43,180 nt of DNA from Candidatus Avigastranaerophilus faecigallinarum. GTDB taxonomy: Bacteria; Cyanobacteriota; Vampirovibrionia; Gastranaerophilales; Gastranaerophilaceae. Under the pieces are notes generated by a model, which did not search any database, was not told the DNA's origin, and saw only the letters and a program-made list of their open reading frames with translations. A program made the translations under genes and the position numbers. Each line of letters opens with the position of its first letter. Position 1 is the first letter of the stretch. This document shows positions 42,771 through 43,180 of the stretch, piece by piece. The stretch lies in NCBI GenBank assembly GCA_018716565.1, contig DVJT01000106.1, forward strand, positions 1-43,180, written 5' to 3'.

Positions 42771-42823
42771 ATGGGAGGGCTTTTGCCCGTTTTTAGTACT
42801 AAAAATTATGAAAGGAGGATGAA

Positions 42824-42970
42824 ATGGCTGTTTCTTTTGTTGACATTCTTGCGTTTTTGAAAGAATTAATTACAAATCAAGAAAAACTTGGTAAATTCAA
42901 AGAAATTATTTCTGATGTAAAAGAATTAATAAAAGATATTAAAGATGTAATTGCTTTAATTAAATGTTAA
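42824..42970 (+). CDS. Small amphipathic helical protein (48 aa)
   Basis: AAAGGAGG RBS lies 5 nt upstream. MAVSFVDILAFLKELITNQEKLGKFKEIISDVKELIKDIKDVIALIKC. Below the ORF-track cutoff. Confidence 0.45.
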   Translation: MAVSFVDILAFLKELITNQEKLGKFKEIISDVKELIKDIKDVIALIKC

Positions 42971-42974
42971 TTAT

Positions 42975-43000
42975 AGGGGCTTTATGCCCCTTCTTATTTT
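42975..43000 (+). terminator. Intrinsic terminator
   Basis: AGGGGC-tttat-GCCCCT followed by TCTTATTTT. Confidence 0.55.
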
Positions 43001-43037
43001 ATCAGGATGACTTTCAATCAGAAAATTAGAGTTAATA

Positions 43038-43180
43038 ATGGAAAACTTAAATCATTTTATCGAATATGCACCTATACTTATAGTTATTTTATTGTTTCTT
43101 TGGCAAAACAATCTTTTTGTTAAACCCGAACACTTAGAAAGAAAACATAAAGAAATTATTGAAGAATTTGACAAAAAACT
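43038..43180 (+). CDS. Single-pass membrane protein, N-terminal fragment (possible holin or lysis-associated protein); runs off the window
   Basis: MENLNHFIEYAPILIVILLFLWQNNLFVKPEHLERKHKEIIEEFDKK: an N-terminal TM helix then a charged helix. Position is after the fibre genes. Confidence 0.45.
   Translation, partial: MENLNHFIEYAPILIVILLFLWQNNLFVKPEHLERKHKEIIEEFDKK

Larger units (their letters stand above)
6746..43180. mobile_element. Integrated temperate phage (prophage) at tRNA-Arg; the left end abuts the tRNA and the right end lies beyond the window
   Basis: Integrase sits immediately downstream of the tRNA 3' end, followed by complete immunity, replication, packaging, head, contractile-tail and fibre modules. 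Lysis-like genes are only just starting at the window edge. Confidence 0.9.

Noticed and set aside
6746-43180. attR, a second copy of the tRNA-Arg 3' end, within the window
   Set aside because: I looked by eye at the intergenic regions, including 42709-43037, and saw no match to GGTTCGAATCCCTCCAGGCAC. The prophage right end is therefore assumed to lie beyond the window. This was not an exhaustive search.

Overview
This is an AT-rich bacterial chromosome segment. Positions 1-6671 carry host genes: the 3' end of a NupC-type nucleoside transporter, a small hypothetical, a XerD-like recombinase, a 709-aa membrane protein, a 247-aa coiled-coil protein and a membrane GT2 synthase. tRNA-Arg(ACG) lies at 6672-6745. 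From the tRNA 3' end to the window edge (more than 36 kb) is an integrated temperate phage whose right end is outside the window. Its gene order is: tyrosine integrase, lipoprotein, CI-like repressor, divergent operator region, cro/xis-like genes, replication module (iteron-containing initiator plus DnaC-like loader), HNH endonuclease, a DUF5131/Dam-MTase/HAD block, HTH and zinc-ribbon regulators, a 573-nt non-coding junction, a second MTase, lambda-like packaging and head genes (Nu1-like, GpA TerL, gpW, portal, ClpP-like protease, gpD- and gpE-like), a Mu-like contractile tail and baseplate, fibres, and the start of a probable lysis cassette. No CRISPR array, reverse transcriptase, transposase or known multi-gene defence system is visible. 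Features that ordinary gene annotation does not explain: (1) a visibly GC-rich, strand-asymmetric ~290-nt non-coding island closed by an interrupted inverted repeat at the early/late junction (18877-19166), plus two smaller inverted-repeat-bounded islands inside the late operon (27209-27321 and 36076-36242); (2) a bipartite 10+10-nt box found at two late-region intergenic sites; (3) a G11 homopolymer inside the phage DNA methyltransferase gene, a candidate phase-variation switch; (4) a strong intrinsic terminator inside the structural operon, which implies antitermination; (5) the only reverse-strand gene in the late region, wedged between the tail chaperone and the tape measure. All functional calls rest on motif recognition by eye. 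No database search was run.
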